A stretch of 64,000 nt of DNA from a virus: positions 1 to 64,000 of the IMG/VR virus record IMGVR_UViG_3300018411_000639; one strand, 5' to 3'. The notes beneath the pieces were generated by a model, which saw only the letters and a list, made by a program, of their open reading frames with translations, was not told the DNA's origin and did not search any database. How positions within the stretch are numbered: the stretch's first letter is position 1; every line of letters starts with the position of its first letter. This document shows positions 27,024 through 36,307 of the stretch, in pieces. The position numbers and the translations under genes are program-made.

Positions 27024-30000
27024 TCATCGGTTCTTGATATTGATTTCAGTTTCGAGATTGTAGGCTGCACACTTGGCTGTCAGTGCGTCTGTTCCTTTTC
27101 CTATCCCGGATGTATATCGCATCGAGATGACCCCATTTGCGTCCGTGACGAAGCTTTTGCACGCTAACCCGCCAAGGATAGATGTCACCTCTAAAGTTTC
27201 ACCAGAGACCGGATTGCCGTACACATCGGTCAGTTCTACGTGAACATTCAGTCCGTCTTTTCCGTCTCCGATTACGCTCATCGGGTTGGCGTGGATCGTA
27301 ATCTTTGTCGGAATAGGTTCTTCGTCCGAGATGAACAGGAAGCCTTGATGTTCTGTGTTGTAGATGGGATTCAAACTGATGTTACGGATAACGCGCTGAT
27401 TGTCTCGTTCGTTTGTCTCAAACATGACACGGGCCTCTGTGATGACCTTGTCCGCATGAGTTGCGATAGTTGTCGTCTTGTTCTCGATATCGAGATGTGC
27501 AACAAAGGAGTTCTGGATGCGATACGACACCGTCACCATCTGGCCTTCCGGAAGAGCGCTCTCGAATACCAGCATCTGGTTCTTCGTCACCCAGTCCGTC
27601 CGTCCGGCTCCGTCCACTTGGACCTGAAGCGTTCGTGGGTCGTAATCCGCGTACCGCAGAGGGAAAGCTTTTTGACGCTTGGATCGGTAAGCTTCTTCGA
27701 AGTCCAGCGTCAATTCCCCTGCTTCATTGTAGAAGTTCACCTCTCGTAGAGGCCCCACTTCGTCTTCCTGTACCACAATCGGGCAGAACTGCAACGGCAA
27801 TGCGTAGACGACAGCTGCGCCGTCAATGAAGTTGATATAGGCACTGTTCTCTCCATCGTCCAGTTTGATCTCCACGCCCTTTGCTTCGATGGGTGTAAAC
27901 AGCGCACCGATGTCAAAGAAGGAAACGTCTTTGAAGGTACTCCGATCCTGTGATTGACAGCTGTACCCGTAAGACTGCGGGCCTTTGAACTTGGACAGAA
28001 GAGGGTCGTCATCCAGATTGAAGGAAAGGAGTGTGCTGTCCAGAATCTCGGTGCCATTGAACTCCGTTGTTTTCGCTCGGATGGCATTGTTATCTCTTTC
28101 GATCAGGATGGTCGCTCCGTTCTCCAATGCACCCCAACCACTGCCTGTTGCGTCTTTTACGAGAGCATTCCCGTTCGCGATCACTTTTGCGTCCGTCTGG
28201 GCAAAGTTGTAGACGACCACCCACTTAGCTAGTTGCCCACCTACAGAGATACCGCCATTCATCGTCCCTGGGGAACGAAGCGCGGTCAATGTAGACTCTC
28301 GTCCAGTCAGAGGGTCTTTGTGGAAGGCAATGACCACGCCGATCACATCATCATCTCCGTTAACAGAAAAGAGCGTCGCTTGATGCTTGTACCGATCATG
28401 TTTGGAGTCGCTCACGAAACCGATGTACGTGTTGGAGTTAATCTGGCAAACCACTGAGTCCGTGTCAGCTTGGTATTCCCATTTGGTCATCTCGTCTGGC
28501 TGAGCCGGCTGAGAGCTGCCACTATGAGAGAAGCGATCCCAACTATTGAATATCTCAATCATGGCGGCTGTCTCGTCACGCGGCATGGTAATCATGTTGT
28601 ACTTGAGTTCCACTGCGTCCGAGTTCGGGGTAATCCGAACATCAACCAACTCTTGCATCGTGTATCCGGCCAAGAGGACGTTGTGTTCGATTGCATCATT
28701 CAGGTTGTCCATCACGCCATGCCATTGTCCATCAAACGGAATCTGGAAAGTAAAGCTCTCCTGAATGGTCCGAGCCTCTGACTCGGGATGGAACCGACCA
28801 ACGATACGGAAGTTTCCGACACCAGGCACTTTGCTTTCAGAGAAGGAAGTAGATTCTTGGCGGTAAAGGATGTTCAGTGCCTCGTTCTGAGGAATCGTAA
28901 GTTTGTAACGGAAGTAGCGGAAGCCGCCGATCTGAACACCATCGTTTACGAGAACCCAATTCGGACTGGACTCTACCTCTTCCCGATTGTTCGAATAAGC
29001 GAGATGGTAGTTCAATGCCCCGCCTGTCTGGTATCTCGTAAGACCCATTGCGCTTTCCGTTCCGAAGTCGATCACCTTTGATACATAGATGCCGCCCGAA
29101 GTTCCGCCGATTGATTTGATCACATCTTCTTTCAGGCTGATGTTTCGGGACAGGGTCTCATCCATGTTCTCCTTGAAGTCTGGGTAAGAGCAATGAATGG
29201 TCAGGCTATCTTTCAGCGTGCTTGTCGTGAGGGGTCTGAATTTTGCTCGGAACTGAACCGTGGCGGATGCCTGAATGTTCGGGACTTCTCCGTCGATAAC
29301 GGGTGTCCACTCATTCCACACACCTCGATCAAAGTCATAGGAGCGAATTTCAACATCAAGTCCTGCGCCCTCAGGGACGATCGCATCGAAGTTGACCGCA
29401 CCGTAAGAGGTTACGATGTTAGGGAATACGAATGGCGGGCTGATGTAGTCTATGTCCTGATACTCTTGATAGTAAGGGGTGTCGATAAGGGCTGCAGGGT
29501 AAAGATAACCTTCACGGTAAACGATGGCCGATTCGTCATCCTGGAGCAAGTCATACCGATCAACCTTCTGCAGATTGTACTGGATGGCTTTACTGTCGGC
29601 CTTCTTCAATGTCGCAAGAATGGAGAAGTGACCATACTCTTCTTTGTATTTCTGGAGCGCAAGGTAGTCTGCTTCTGCAACAAACTCCGAGTACAGGAAG
29701 TGTTCTCTTTGGTTGGCGTAATAGTAGCCGTTATGAACACGCGGGCTCCAACTAGAGGTTGCGTTCTGTTGTCCTTTTGCTCGGATCGTAACCGGAGAGG
29801 TTTCTTCTGTGAACACGATTTGGCTTGGAGCCTGAACTAGTATCACGTCGATGTTGTCCGTAGTGGCTTCCAGATCGAAACGTGTGTAATCCCTGGTCGT
29901 GGTCGGCTTAGGTAGTTCCAGATAGAAATCTTTTGCCTTGATGTCGAAGAGCTCAAAGCCATCGAAACGAGAAGAAGCAACCAACTCCCGATACTCTTTG

Positions 30001-32213
30001 TATTCGCTCAAAGTGGCTTCGGATGAGAATGTCACCGTGTCTCCGTTGAGTATTCCTGCTCCACTTGCGTTTGCGTGCTGGAAGGCGTAGGTCACAAAGG
30101 CGTTCTCTGGGGAAACCACCTGAATCAGGATATGGAAAGTGGCATCGTACACCTCTGCCGGAACCACGACTTGAGGTAAGACTACACTCATGTCTTCTTT
30201 GCCATTGTAGCCATTTGAAGAGGAGAAGCGACCATTCACGATGCCGTAAAGCGGTGCTGCGGTGCCTTCGTCGGGCAGGATATCTTGCCAAACCTTCGTC
30301 ACAGGGACCGGCTGAGAGTAGAGGTGAATGGCGTCATCCCCCGTCTTCGTTAAGCGCCATTCCATTCCCTTCGCGACTTTTGTACTGGACATGTACTCGA
30401 TGTCACCTACGCAGTCCAAGACTTCGATGTGGAGCTGGTACAACTGGTTCGGGTCGCGACTCACACCTTTCAGTACTTCGTGGAAGTAAATCGTGGTGGC
30501 CGGATCTTCATCCGAGAAGCGGAATGGAAGTCCCACTGTTTTGATGACACCGACAGAGCTACCCGTGTAGATGATTTCGCCATCAAGGTTTGGGGCAGAT
30601 AACTGAACCACGTTGTCACGGGACGCAACGTTAATCTTCGTCGATACATCGGAACCTGCGTAAGCCTCGGATGAGTCGGTTACGTTGAACAACGGCATGA
30701 TCAGATCAGCAGCAACCAATAACGGGAGATCTGTTCCATCTTCTGCCGACAAGGCTTTCTCGATAACTTTCTCAGCCTCAAACAAGGACGCCTCTGCAAA
30801 GCCTGAGATATACACTTTTCCGTCAGGATCAAAAGCATTGTTCGGGTCATAACCGTCTGAATCCCGATTAGCATAGAGCTTCGCCGTACCACTTCCGGAA
30901 GGGAAGAAATGTCTGCCGAAAGTGTGATTGTAGCGGGTCCCCGGATTGATGTCGAAGCCATAGTCGTCGTAGATAACGAAGCCGGAATATACAGCTGGAC
31001 GGATGGAGTTTCGGATCCTGTTGTCAGCGTAGCCCACCTCTTGCATGATAGTGGCCAACGTCTTGTTGTTGACTAGTTCGCCGTTTGCCGGGATCAAGTA
31101 AGCTTTCCCGTTAGCATAGCCGACGTTAGGGGTCAAAGTATGCTCGAACACAGGAGAGGTCAGCCATTGTTGTCTGGCACTGTAAGTCCCTGCGAACGGA
31201 CCGGCTTCATAGTACTCCACTTTACAAGTGACATAATACTTGATCGTAATCGGTCTGGATGCGTACTTGTAAATACGGAAGGACACTTTCCCTAATGGAT
31301 AGGCGCTGAATCGCAACGTACAGACTCCATCTTGTTCATACGTGTCGTACTTGCCTTTTGCCAGTACGCGGTAGTTGAAACCTACCTGATTGTAGCGCTT
31401 CTCGTTCTTTCCGTAAGTGCCGTAGGTCTTGGCGATGATGCCGAACTTCTCGTAGAAATCCTCCTCAGTCCTTTTCGACACGAGCAGGTCTTTTCCATCC
31501 CCTACCCCTGATCGGAATGCGTCCAGTCGCTCAGTCACTTTCGGCAACAGCGTCGGATTATCGTTCTCCAGTAGAGGAACTTCATACTTGTGACGAGCAA
31601 GACTTTCGGATAGGCTCTTGGTTCTTACACCTACAGAACCACTGCCCGGAGAGGTGCGACTAGCGTCATACTTTACAAGGCTTCGGGTGTACAGCGTATC
31701 GGGTATCAGCCCGCTCTCGGAGTAATGAAGAACCCCGATCGGCAGCTGTGCAACCAGACCACCTTTCTCGTTCAGGATGTAATGAGCAAAGTCCTGTTCT
31801 CCTTCTCCTTCGAATCGCCAGATGATAGTAGAGGAATCATAGGCTTCCCCCGTCAGAGCGGGCGCCGTCAAAGGCAGTTTCTCTGGATGTACATAGGCTT
31901 TGATGGTTGGGGATAGAGTGAACTCGCTCGATGTGTCGGAATTGACAAAGAAAACATCTACGCCCGGGGTTTCCGAGAAGATTTCGTAACTATCTACTTC
32001 GATGTCTGAATCCGTAAGGCTGTTCTCTGCAAGGTACGCATCTATCTCCTGATAAAAGTAACTCAGGATGTACGCACTGCTTAGGATGTGAAAATTATCA
32101 TAGAGGTAAGGCTCTACGGCCTGTATAGCTGTCGGAATTGACTTCTCAAACTGCTCGACTTCCCCTGTTGCCACCCGGACAACGGAGACCGTTATTTTGT
32201 AGCGAATGTCCAT
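27024..32213 (-). CDS. Large baseplate/adhesion protein, 1729 aa (FN3-like N-terminus, lectin/TSP-C-like domain, C-terminal bacterial Ig-like domain)
   Basis: GLIPDTLYTRSL (FN3-like); GDDDVIGVVIAF (TSP-C-like); LTDVYGNPVSG...VTDANG...YTSG...G.D.LTA (Big_1-like). Confidence 0.65.
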   Translation of the reverse strand: MDIRYKITVSVVRVATGEVEQFEKSIPTAIQAVEPYLYDNFHILSSAYILSYFYQEIDAYLAENSLTDSDIEVDSYEIFSETPGVDVFFVNSDTSSEFTLSPTIKAYVHPEKLPLTAPALTGEAYDSSTIIWRFEGEGEQDFAHYILNEKGGLVAQLPIGVLHYSESGLIPDTLYTRSLVKYDASRTSPGSGSVGVRTKSLSESLARHKYEVPLLENDNPTLLPKVTERLDAFRSGVGDGKDLLVSKRTEEDFYEKFGIIAKTYGTYGKNEKRYNQVGFNYRVLAKGKYDTYEQDGVCTLRFSAYPLGKVSFRIYKYASRPITIKYYVTCKVEYYEAGPFAGTYSARQQWLTSPVFEHTLTPNVGYANGKAYLIPANGELVNNKTLATIMQEVGYADNRIRNSIRPAVYSGFVIYDDYGFDINPGTRYNHTFGRHFFPSGSGTAKLYANRDSDGYDPNNAFDPDGKVYISGFAEASLFEAEKVIEKALSAEDGTDLPLLVAADLIMPLFNVTDSSEAYAGSDVSTKINVASRDNVVQLSAPNLDGEIIYTGSSVGVIKTVGLPFRFSDEDPATTIYFHEVLKGVSRDPNQLYQLHIEVLDCVGDIEYMSSTKVAKGMEWRLTKTGDDAIHLYSQPVPVTKVWQDILPDEGTAAPLYGIVNGRFSSSNGYNGKEDMSVVLPQVVVPAEVYDATFHILIQVVSPENAFVTYAFQHANASGAGILNGDTVTFSSEATLSEYKEYRELVASSRFDGFELFDIKAKDFYLELPKPTTTRDYTRFDLEATTDNIDVILVQAPSQIVFTEETSPVTIRAKGQQNATSSWSPRVHNGYYYANQREHFLYSEFVAEADYLALQKYKEEYGHFSILATLKKADSKAIQYNLQKVDRYDLLQDDESAIVYREGYLYPAALIDTPYYQEYQDIDYISPPFVFPNIVTSYGAVNFDAIVPEGAGLDVEIRSYDFDRGVWNEWTPVIDGEVPNIQASATVQFRAKFRPLTTSTLKDSLTIHCSYPDFKENMDETLSRNISLKEDVIKSIGGTSGGIYVSKVIDFGTESAMGLTRYQTGGALNYHLAYSNNREEVESSPNWVLVNDGVQIGGFRYFRYKLTIPQNEALNILYRQESTSFSESKVPGVGNFRIVGRFHPESEARTIQESFTFQIPFDGQWHGVMDNLNDAIEHNVLLAGYTMQELVDVRITPNSDAVELKYNMITMPRDETAAMIEIFNSWDRFSHSGSSQPAQPDEMTKWEYQADTDSVVCQINSNTYIGFVSDSKHDRYKHQATLFSVNGDDDVIGVVIAFHKDPLTGRESTLTALRSPGTMNGGISVGGQLAKWVVVYNFAQTDAKVIANGNALVKDATGSGWGALENGATILIERDNNAIRAKTTEFNGTEILDSTLLSFNLDDDPLLSKFKGPQSYGYSCQSQDRSTFKDVSFFDIGALFTPIEAKGVEIKLDDGENSAYINFIDGAAVVYALPLQFCPIVVQEDEVGPLREVNFYNEAGELTLDFEEAYRSKRQKAFPLRYADYDPRTLQVQVDGAGRTDWVTKNQMLVFESALPEGQMVTVSYRIQNSFVAHLDIENKTTTIATHADKVITEARVMFETNERDNQRVIRNISLNPIYNTEHQGFLFISDEEPIPTKITIHANPMSVIGDGKDGLNVHVELTDVYGNPVSGETLEVTSILGGLACKSFVTDANGVISMRYTSGIGKGTDALTAKCAAYNLETEINIKNR
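31933..31948 (+). repeat. Dispersed 16-bp motif copy GTGTCGGAATTGACAA
   Basis: 15/16 match. Confidence 0.9.
32129..32144 (+). repeat. Dispersed motif copy CTGTCGGAATTGACTT
   Basis: 13-bp core TGTCGGAATTGAC exact; read as SIPT rather than VNSDT. Confidence 0.8.
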
Positions 32214-32239
32214 AAGATACTTCCCCTCTTTAACACAAT

Positions 32240-32282
32240 AAAAGAGGGCACCGGTTTACTAATTGTTAAACCAATGCCCTCC
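32240..32282 (-). terminator. Putative intrinsic terminator
   Basis: GAGGGCA...TGCCCTC stem followed by TTTT on the minus strand, just after the 367-aa gene. Confidence 0.6.
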
Positions 32283-32291
32283 TTATGTTAA

Positions 32292-33395
32292 TTATGTTCG
32301 TTTAAATGATCTAAATCCAACGACGCTTCCATCATACAAGGTTGGCAGAAAGGCGACTCCGGACAACTCCTTGTCGGAAATGTCCCAATAAGCCTCATCC
32401 CACTTGAAATGACCCCACATAATCGGAGCCTCGGAATGAATTCTATCTCGGTAATATTTTAGCAAATCGGTTGCGGTACTGTCAACGTGAAACAGCTCGT
32501 TCCGAAGCTTCAAATCCGCGTGATCATGCACTTGATGCATTTCTAGACCTGTGATGTAACTGACCTCGAGTTCGACTCCTTCGAGCCTCGGATCACCTGA
32601 AAGCAGTACATGACCGGTCTCGCTCAGGAGCACTTCTTCTTCGGACAGGAGCTTCCCGTTGACTTGAACGGAATTGAGTACCACCATCGGGTCTTCGATC
32701 AGGAAGTCCGAACCGCCGTTCAGCCAGACCGCCTCTTTCCGTAAGTTCAGTTCTCTGGCAATCCCGTTCATAAGTCCCTCTCGGTGAGCACCTGCAGGGT
32801 TCTTGAAGACATCCATCAGGCGAGACTTGTACTCTCTGTTCCGTTCTCCGTGTATGCGCGGGCACTCCAGGATCAAACCGAACTCGTCAAAGAAATTCCA
32901 GACGGGATGGACGGAGAGCGACTGTGTGTACCTCTTCCCTTTTACGGCAAAGCTGATTTGCCCGTCCGGGCAAAGAAGGTCACTGTCGTAGGGTTGGCGC
33001 ACATACAGGATGTTCCTGCTTGTATCAATGAAGTAAAGGTCATGACCATACAATTCGTTGTACTCGATACCCACCAGACCGATGCCGAAGAAGTGAGCGA
33101 GTTTCCGTGCTTTCCGCAAAGACCCCGACGACGAGAGGACTTCTTCCAACTCGTCGCTTGCAAGGTTCATTGGGATAATCGTTTTGTAGGCTATATCAAC
33201 AAAGTCGAGGTCGGCTGTTTCGATCGTTGTTTGCTCATAGGCATATTCGAGGACGTAACGAACCTCGTCCAGTTTCACTCCCGCGATGTCCAGGAACTGC
33301 GCCCCTAAACTATCGGAAGACTTCTTACGAATCTGGAACCAGTGAGGTAGCGCGTTTAGAATTTTTTCCGTATAACGAGCGAACTTGGAACTCAT
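32292..33395 (-). CDS. Putative baseplate wedge protein, 367 aa
   Basis: FDEFG....PRI.GE.N.EY..RL motif, like the J/I-type wedge motif also seen in the 272-aa gene. Confidence 0.55.
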   Translation of the reverse strand: MSSKFARYTEKILNALPHWFQIRKKSSDSLGAQFLDIAGVKLDEVRYVLEYAYEQTTIETADLDFVDIAYKTIIPMNLASDELEEVLSSSGSLRKARKLAHFFGIGLVGIEYNELYGHDLYFIDTSRNILYVRQPYDSDLLCPDGQISFAVKGKRYTQSLSVHPVWNFFDEFGLILECPRIHGERNREYKSRLMDVFKNPAGAHREGLMNGIARELNLRKEAVWLNGGSDFLIEDPMVVLNSVQVNGKLLSEEEVLLSETGHVLLSGDPRLEGVELEVSYITGLEMHQVHDHADLKLRNELFHVDSTATDLLKYYRDRIHSEAPIMWGHFKWDEAYWDISDKELSGVAFLPTLYDGSVVGFRSFKRT

Positions 33396-33408
33396 GAGGT
33401 CCCTCCTT

Positions 33409-34065
33409 TTAGATAACGATATTCTTGAACTTCAGACCTTTGAGGTCGCCGTTGATTGTTCCAAGCGATTCTTCCGCATCCTGTATTGTGTCAACAGAGA
33501 CACCAAGATAGACGTCCAGTATGACGGCAGCTCTCACGTAATCCGTGGTATAAAAAGGAGAAGAACAGATGGAGTAGATTTTGTCCTGAAGAACCTGGAT
33601 CTTATCGTGATTCCATACTGCGTACTTCTTCATCACAATCGCCATGACTTGCTGCTCTTCGTGCGTGTAGTTCTGATTCCCTATGAAGTAATTACCGTGC
33701 CGTTTCACGATAGATTCCAAAGCTTCCATGTGGGCATTATAGAGGTGTGTTGCGTTGTCGATCTCTCCGGCATCAACCTTCTTGGCCAAGACTAACAAGT
33801 GATTGTGGAAGGTGTCTAACTGGTTGGCGAGAACGTCACGGAAAACAGCTTCCTTTCCTTTGTTCGTCATAACGAAGGTCATCTGAATGTGTTGTTTCAG
33901 CATGTCGCAACGGACGAAGAAAGGATGTAACTCCAGAGCAACAGCGTGATGTAGCGGTTCTTCCTCTTTTTGTTCGGATCTCTTTTTTGTGATGATGGTA
34001 AGGAGTCCGAAAACGCCGCTAATGAAAGCGACGAGAACTCCCTCTGTTATCAAATACGATGGCAT
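33409..34065 (-). CDS. Hypothetical protein with a single N-terminal TM helix (possibly holin-like)
   Basis: GVLVAFISGVFGLLTIII hydrophobic segment followed by KKR. Confidence 0.5.
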   Translation of the reverse strand: MPSYLITEGVLVAFISGVFGLLTIITKKRSEQKEEEPLHHAVALELHPFFVRCDMLKQHIQMTFVMTNKGKEAVFRDVLANQLDTFHNHLLVLAKKVDAGEIDNATHLYNAHMEALESIVKRHGNYFIGNQNYTHEEQQVMAIVMKKYAVWNHDKIQVLQDKIYSICSSPFYTTDYVRAAVILDVYLGVSVDTIQDAEESLGTINGDLKGLKFKNIVI

Positions 34066-34081
34066 GAGTGTGGCCTCTTTT

Positions 34082-34900
34082 CTACAGGATTATAAGCGCA
34101 TCAGCGTCCGAGCTCAGCATGAAGCGCTCGTTCCACCGACAGTCTTGGTTGACAAACATAGCAGGTAATCCATTTAAACTGAAACGCTCACAGGTATAGG
34201 TCACGATGCTTGCGTTGACATTCATGACCTCCTGCGTAATCTGATCGGTGGTGATGGCTTCTCCGACTCTGCGAGTGGCGAAGAAATCCCTCAACGCCTG
34301 TCTGACGCTGTACTTGAGGTCTTGACTGACGGCGACGCTTGTTGTGTCTTTTGTCATCAGCTTGAGTGTGAGTTTGACGCTCACGGCATCAGGGCCTGTA
34401 ACCTCAAAGCGTGTTCCGTAGGCGGTCACCTTTTCCACGTTAGACTGGACAGAGGCGATGATTTCCGGAGCAGGCTCTGGGGAGTCTGTCGTGATCAGCA
34501 CAGAGAAACTGCCCGTCCCGTAGGAGTATTTCTTGAGGATGGCATCCTGAACACCGGACACACTGAGAGCAGCCAGACGAACGGCGGTTTCGTTTGCGGT
34601 CGCCGTGGTGAGGACGCTCTTGGATATCCGATAGCGATAATCCGCATCTTCTTCTCCGACTAACCTCTCGCAAGCCATCAACGCACCAACCGCTTCTAGG
34701 TAAGACCCTGTTGCGGTTGACACGAAGGACTGCACATGATTTAAAGTCAGGACATCGTAAAGGTCTGCGATGTTTCTGTTGACGAGGCCGAGGAAGAGTT
34801 TTGCGATCGAACCCGCCGAGGTGCTGAATCCGACATTCTGGAGGTTCTGTAAATCTTCTTCTTGCAGTTCTTCAAAAGTTTTCGTGTTGAGTAATATCAT
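34082..34900 (-). CDS. Baseplate J/gp47-like protein
   Basis: TATGSYLE..G, E.DA.YRYRI, ALSVSGVQDA and GTGSFSV motifs. Confidence 0.8.
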   Translation of the reverse strand: MILLNTKTFEELQEEDLQNLQNVGFSTSAGSIAKLFLGLVNRNIADLYDVLTLNHVQSFVSTATGSYLEAVGALMACERLVGEEDADYRYRISKSVLTTATANETAVRLAALSVSGVQDAILKKYSYGTGSFSVLITTDSPEPAPEIIASVQSNVEKVTAYGTRFEVTGPDAVSVKLTLKLMTKDTTSVAVSQDLKYSVRQALRDFFATRRVGEAITTDQITQEVMNVNASIVTYTCERFSLNGLPAMFVNQDCRWNERFMLSSDADALIIL

Positions 34901-34905
34901 TTAGC

Positions 34906-35310
34906 TTAGCCTCCAATCTTGACGTTGATTCCTTTGATGAGATCGAGCTGAACAGAAAGCGACGTTGCGCTTAGTCCATCCAGAGTTCGCAGGTAAACCT
35001 GATACGTGACATCTGTTGCTGATTCCTGTTCGGCCTTGATGAAGATTTCCCCGTAATCGTAGAGGTCGCCTTCCATTAAGGATGCGAGTATTTTCTCTTT
35101 CCCTACCGCACGGGATGAAACATTGTTGGGTTTGCCGAGAAGCGCTTCTAGGTCAGCCCCGATGTGATCACTGAACCAACCTTTGCGGATGGACTTGATT
35201 CTGCAAAGAGCCATCTGAGTTCGGAGGTCGTCATCCATCTGTCGCGAAATGTCGTGCGTCTCTGCATCCATCAAGAATTCTCCGTTACTGTCTAGACCAA
35301 AATCAAACAT
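34906..35310 (-). CDS. Baseplate gp25/gpW-like sheath initiator
   Basis: Size, position between spike and J, and W...IGADLE.LLG.PN motif. Confidence 0.65.
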   Translation of the reverse strand: MFDFGLDSNGEFLMDAETHDISRQMDDDLRTQMALCRIKSIRKGWFSDHIGADLEALLGKPNNVSSRAVGKEKILASLMEGDLYDYGEIFIKAEQESATDVTYQVYLRTLDGLSATSLSVQLDLIKGINVKIGG

Positions 35311-36274
35311 CTTCTTCTACCTCTTCTCCGTTCAGAATCTTGATGATGTCGTCCCTGTTTGTGATGAACTCCCCATCCAGAAGGACTTGGGATCCCCTCA
35401 AAAGGATGCGATTATTTGCTTCCAGTGTGATGTTCTTTCCGCTCTTGACGTGAACATCGCCTTCGGAACTGACTGACCACTTCCCGACTTCCATGGTCGC
35501 CTCTCCAGTCTTCAGGGCGAAGGTTTCAGCCTCCACCCCAAAGTGTTTCTGGATGACAAGTTTCATGGAGTCCTCGACGGTGGCATTCAGGTTCGTCACA
35601 TGATGGTTTTCGTTCCGAGTGAAGAAGTTGATGGATTGCGTTTTGGGGTCGATGCGGATGCCCTGATCCCCTTCAACGAATATGTCAATCATCCCATTGT
35701 TGCGAAGTTTTATGGTAGAACCTGTCTTGGGATGCGTAATACCAGGCTCTTCCGCTTCATAGAAACTGGTATTCGTCATGGCAGACAGGAGCGTCTGAAT
35801 CGGGTCAACCGTCCAGTCGGCGTACTTGTTTGTGTTCTGGTTGGAGAGGTCGATCCAATCCTCATGAAGCGGAGAAAAAGAAGAGAAGTCGTACTCTTCC
35901 GCTCCGTTGGCTTCCACGAGGTTGTCCGGCAAGTAAGCGCCCTGCTTTTGATGCTGTAGTCGCTTCCTGCTGTGGATCTGGTAGCGTTCGTCAGCAAGTG
36001 CCACAATCTTTGGTTGAAGCAACGACTTGTTGGCGAAGGACACCCACACCTGATCACCTACAAAAGGGCCGGCTGAGTGGAAACCTCCGCTGCCAAGCTG
36101 AATCGGAACGTTCTCGGATGTAAGGAAACCTGCGTGCTTGGGGTCTTTGAAGCTGATGGTCGCTCGGTGCTTCAGTCCGTCGTAAGCCACCACTTCCGCT
36201 AGGACGGTATCGAACTGATTGTTGTCATGCGGTTTAAGGATCTTTTCCTGTATCGCTCGTTTGATCTGGGACAT
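35303..36274 (-). CDS. Baseplate spike protein (gpV/gp5-like OB fold plus beta-helix)
   Basis: P.VGDQVWVSF....P.I OB-fold motif; beta-strand repeats at the C-terminus. Confidence 0.7.
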   Translation of the reverse strand: MSQIKRAIQEKILKPHDNNQFDTVLAEVVAYDGLKHRATISFKDPKHAGFLTSENVPIQLGSGGFHSAGPFVGDQVWVSFANKSLLQPKIVALADERYQIHSRKRLQHQKQGAYLPDNLVEANGAEEYDFSSFSPLHEDWIDLSNQNTNKYADWTVDPIQTLLSAMTNTSFYEAEEPGITHPKTGSTIKLRNNGMIDIFVEGDQGIRIDPKTQSINFFTRNENHHVTNLNATVEDSMKLVIQKHFGVEAETFALKTGEATMEVGKWSVSSEGDVHVKSGKNITLEANNRILLRGSQVLLDGEFITNRDDIIKILNGEEVEEDV

Positions 36275-36307
36275 TCGTGTACCTCCTTTCGTCAGTGACT
36301 AATTACT

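Noticed and set aside
22927-32213. Diversity-generating retroelement or invertible tail-fibre cassette
   Set aside because: No reverse transcriptase, no template/variable repeat pair and no invertase with flanking inverted repeats were seen
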